23,414 nt of DNA from Octopus sinensis (Eukaryota). Both the position numbers and the translations under genes were made by a program. A model generated the notes under the pieces. It was given only the letters and a program-made list of their open reading frames with translations. It did no database searches and was not told the DNA's origin. Below are positions 19,573 to 23,414 of the stretch, piece by piece (the stretch's first letter is position 1; every line of letters starts with the position of its first letter). Where the stretch lies: assembly GCF_006345805.1 (NCBI RefSeq), contig NW_021836596.1:1-23414 (forward strand), in the 5' to 3' direction.

Positions 19573-20512
19573 ATGTGTGTGTATGAGTGTGTATGTGTGC
19601 GTGTATGTGTTTGTAATTTTGTGTGTGTGTGTGTGTGTGTGTGTGAGCGTGTGTGTGTGTGTGTGTATGTGTGTGAATGTGTGCGTGTATGTGTTTGTAA
19701 TTTTGTGTGTGTATGCGTGTGTGTGCGTGTGTGTGTGAAATTCGGTGACTACTGTGTGCATGTGTACATTTGTGAGTGTGTATGTGTGTATAATACATAG
19801 CAATGTGCGTGTGTATATAGATGTAGGGATGTAATCTCTAATTTCAGTGTTTATAATCTACGTAATTATTTGCGTATGTGTGTGTGAGTGCGCGCGCTAG
19901 CGTGTGTGTGCGTGTGAACATATTTGAGTGTGAGTATGTGTGTATGTGTATGTACATATGTGTGTATAAGATTGCACGTGCGCGCGTGTGTGTATGTGTA
20001 AACAGGAAAGTCTATAGATATATGTCTTTCACTACACATGTGTATCTACGTATATATATCCATGCACCGTAAACTCCATATGAGCGCGAGTTCACGCGCA
20101 CACACACACACACACACACATAAACACACACACAAACACACACACACTTGCACACACATTCACAAACATGCTTACACCTCTTTGTCTTTGTGTGTGTATA
20201 TACTTATGTATCAGTATATGTATGTATATAGATGCACACATACACACACACACACACACACATGCACACACACATAGACACACACACACACACACATGTA
20301 TGTTCATTAACATGTTCACCTGTGAGTGTGTGTGTGTGTCGATGTACATTCATAACGGAATATAATACGTACACACGTGCATGTTCTCAGATGACAAGAT
20401 ATTTGTATGTACGCATGAATGAATATATTCATGTATGCATAAATGTATGCATGTGTATATGTATATATTTGTATGTGTGTGTGCGTGTGTGTGGTGTGTT
20501 AGATAGATAGAC

Positions 20513-20564
<52 letters not shown>

Positions 20565-20572
20565 TGATAGAC

Positions 20573-20624
<52 letters not shown>

Positions 20625-20625
20625 T

Positions 20626-20668
<43 letters not shown>

Positions 20669-20669
20669 T

Positions 20670-20702
<33 letters not shown>

Positions 20703-20960
20703 GTGAACAGACACACAAAAACACACATACATGCACATGCGCGTGCTCTTTATGAGGCAATCGTCAAAAAAAAAGTGCTCAACTAGAAATTCAAATAAAC
20801 AAAATCAGGGTTATGACCGTGGCTATGTATATAATGTAAGACGGAAATTGAATTATCTCTCACCACATTCACGCACATACAATCAGATACGCATACACAT
20901 ATTCGCACACAAACACACATTATCTCTCTCCCTCTCGCTATCTCTCCCTCTCTCTCACTC

Positions 20961-21028
<68 letters not shown>

Positions 21029-21248
21029 AATCTCTCTTTCTTTCTTTCTCTCTCTCTCTCTCTCTCTCTTCTCTCACACACACCCACATCCACACGCATA
21101 CGCACAGATACACACAGAATGATGTGCTCGTAGGTGCAATCATACACATATCTGTGTTCGTTTATACAAACACACACACACATACACACACACACACACA
21201 CACACGATGTAATGTCATGGTCAACCTTCAAATTTTTCCATGCGAGGA

Positions 21249-21332
<84 letters not shown>

Positions 21333-22380
21333 ATGTATGTATGTATTTTTGTATGTATGTACTCACACACATATACACACACATATGTAAGCATATGTAT
21401 ATTGTTGTGCGCATGTGTGTGTACGTGTGTAAGTGTGTGTGTGTTTGTGGATATATTTAGAAATTATAACATTGACCACACTCGCGCCATGCTTCACTCA
21501 CGCTTCACTCACACTTCACTCACGCTTCATTCACTCTTCACATTTCACTCACACTTCGGTACAAGTGTGCTCAAGTGATGTTTATACGAGAATAAACAAT
21601 ATAGAAATATACATTTAACACACATACACACACACACATACATAAACACACACGTGCATGTGTGTATAACAAACATGCATTCATTCATACATCAATTCAT
21701 ACATACATACATACATACATACATACATACATACATACATACATACATACATACATACAAACACACACACACACATACATACACACATACATACACACAT
21801 ACATACATACATACATACAAGCATACATACAAACGTACACACATACATAAAACATACATACATACATACATACATACACACACACATACAAACATACATA
21901 CATACATACATACATGTACACATGTCTACATATGCACGTTCAGTCACATGCATACACACACACACACGTGTGTGTGTGTGTGCATGTATGTGTGTACGAG
22001 CAATAATGAAAATATGCGTGTCTGTTTCTCGTCATTATTTCTGACTATTTCTATATTTTTAACGTCAAAATATAGTTTAATTTATGTGTGTATGTATGTG
22101 TGTAGCATACGCACACACAACACAGACCATACGCCATGAATTGCATTTACAATGCAGTTTACTATGTATCTATGCCTCTATGTACAACACACACACTCAT
22201 ATATTATATATATTATATATATATATATATATATCTATAATCTATATATATATATATTATATATATATACATACATATATATACATATATATGTGTGTGT
22301 GTATTTATATATATATATGCATATATATATGTATATGCTTATAAATATGTATGTGTAAATATATATATATATATATATAT

Positions 22381-22414
<34 letters not shown>

Positions 22415-22438
22415 ATAGAGATCATAGATTGATTGATT

Positions 22439-22522
<84 letters not shown>

Positions 22523-22684
22523 CAGACAGGTGCGTGCGCACACGGACACACATACATACAGAGGCTGATGCCAAGCTTGTAATAGTCCCAGGCCAGCTAT
22601 GACATGCCGTTCCCGATTTAAAGCATCTGAACGTGTATTTAGTAACCAATGCTATATATACACCATTTATAAATATTTAGCATG

Positions 22685-22722
<38 letters not shown>

Positions 22723-22750
22723 ATATACACACCCACATACAATATATATG

Positions 22751-22806
<56 letters not shown>

Positions 22807-22860
22807 CCACATACATATATATGTATATATATATATACAAATATATATATAGACATATAA

Positions 22861-22909
<49 letters not shown>

Positions 22910-22986
22910 ATGTATATATATATATGTATGTATGTGCATATATATATATATGTATATTATAATATGTATATATATATATATATCTA

Positions 22987-23050
<64 letters not shown>
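19573..23050. repeat. Microsatellite field: (TG)/(CA), (GATA)n 20501-20702 and 22425-22525, (TATC)n 20960-21030, (CATA)n 21697-21915, (TA)n 22688-23050
   Basis: Seen directly; only short unique spacers. Confidence 0.9.
21491..21557. repeat. Degenerate 11-bp minisatellite (CTTCACTCACR) x about 6
   Basis: Seen directly. Confidence 0.8.
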
Positions 23051-23054
<4 letters not shown>

Positions 23055-23137
23055 GGTTACATGTGTATTCATACACTAGTGTGCGTCATTTACTTAGACA
23101 CAGCAGAACGGTTTATAAATATAAATGAAGTGTAATT

Positions 23138-23374
23138 CCTTACGGCAGGGTCCTCTTCTCTTTGACTTTAACAGATATCGAAAAGGTTTCCACCGGGCAA
23201 GTCTCAAACGTTCTCCCTAGCCCACCCATCCACCCCGCCCAAACCATACGACGCATTCTAACTACGGCAAAAGGGTCTACCAGTCATTGAGGTAACCAAG
23301 ATGTTGCCCCAATCAGCGTGTCTGTCCGAGAAGACTTATATACGGAGACCTGTCTTCGTAGAGAGGTCTGTGGA

Positions 23375-23378
<4 letters not shown>
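23138..23378. other. Unique island, candidate exon
   Basis: + strand: acceptor CTCTTCTCTTTGACTTTAACAG|23175 and donor GAG|GTAACC (23291|23292). Minus strand: acceptor CTTTCCACAG|23367 and donor 23144|GTAAGG. No frame is open across either whole exon. Confidence 0.3.
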
Positions 23379-23408
<30 letters not shown>

Positions 23409-23414
23409 TGTGGT

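Noticed and set aside
19469-23135. Dozens of ORFs (YIYI, CVCV, HTHT, IYLS repeats)
   Set aside because: Translations of di- and tetranucleotide microsatellites; no coding signal.

Overview
Eukaryotic (animal) non-coding DNA made almost entirely of nested transposable-element debris and microsatellites. The SINE families and the extreme microsatellite load resemble what I recall of coleoid cephalopod (Octopus-like) genomes; this is inference, not a database result. No intact host gene, rRNA, true tRNA or CRISPR array is supported, and most ORF-track entries are translations of microsatellites or SINEs. Recognisable elements: a Helitron-like 3' end; three mariner (DD34D) remnants, two with a fold-back architecture; two maT-type (DD37D) remnants; a Gypsy gag-protease fragment with a tRNA-Ser PBS and a probable short LTR; non-LTR retroelements of four clades (Tx1/L1, RTE with C-terminal C2H2 fingers x2, HERO-like, R4-like); a Penelope-like fragment with a hammerhead-like motif; and about 15 copies or fragments of four SINE families (called A-D here). 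The best lead is that one subfamily of the Deu/Nin-domain SINE carries the 3' terminus of the Tx1/L1-clade LINE found in the same window, a candidate SINE-LINE partnership with tail swapping. Two short unique islands (about 18.3-18.4 kb and 23.1-23.4 kb) carry splice-like signals and may be exons. All alignments were done by eye, and element boundaries are approximate (+/-10-30 bp).
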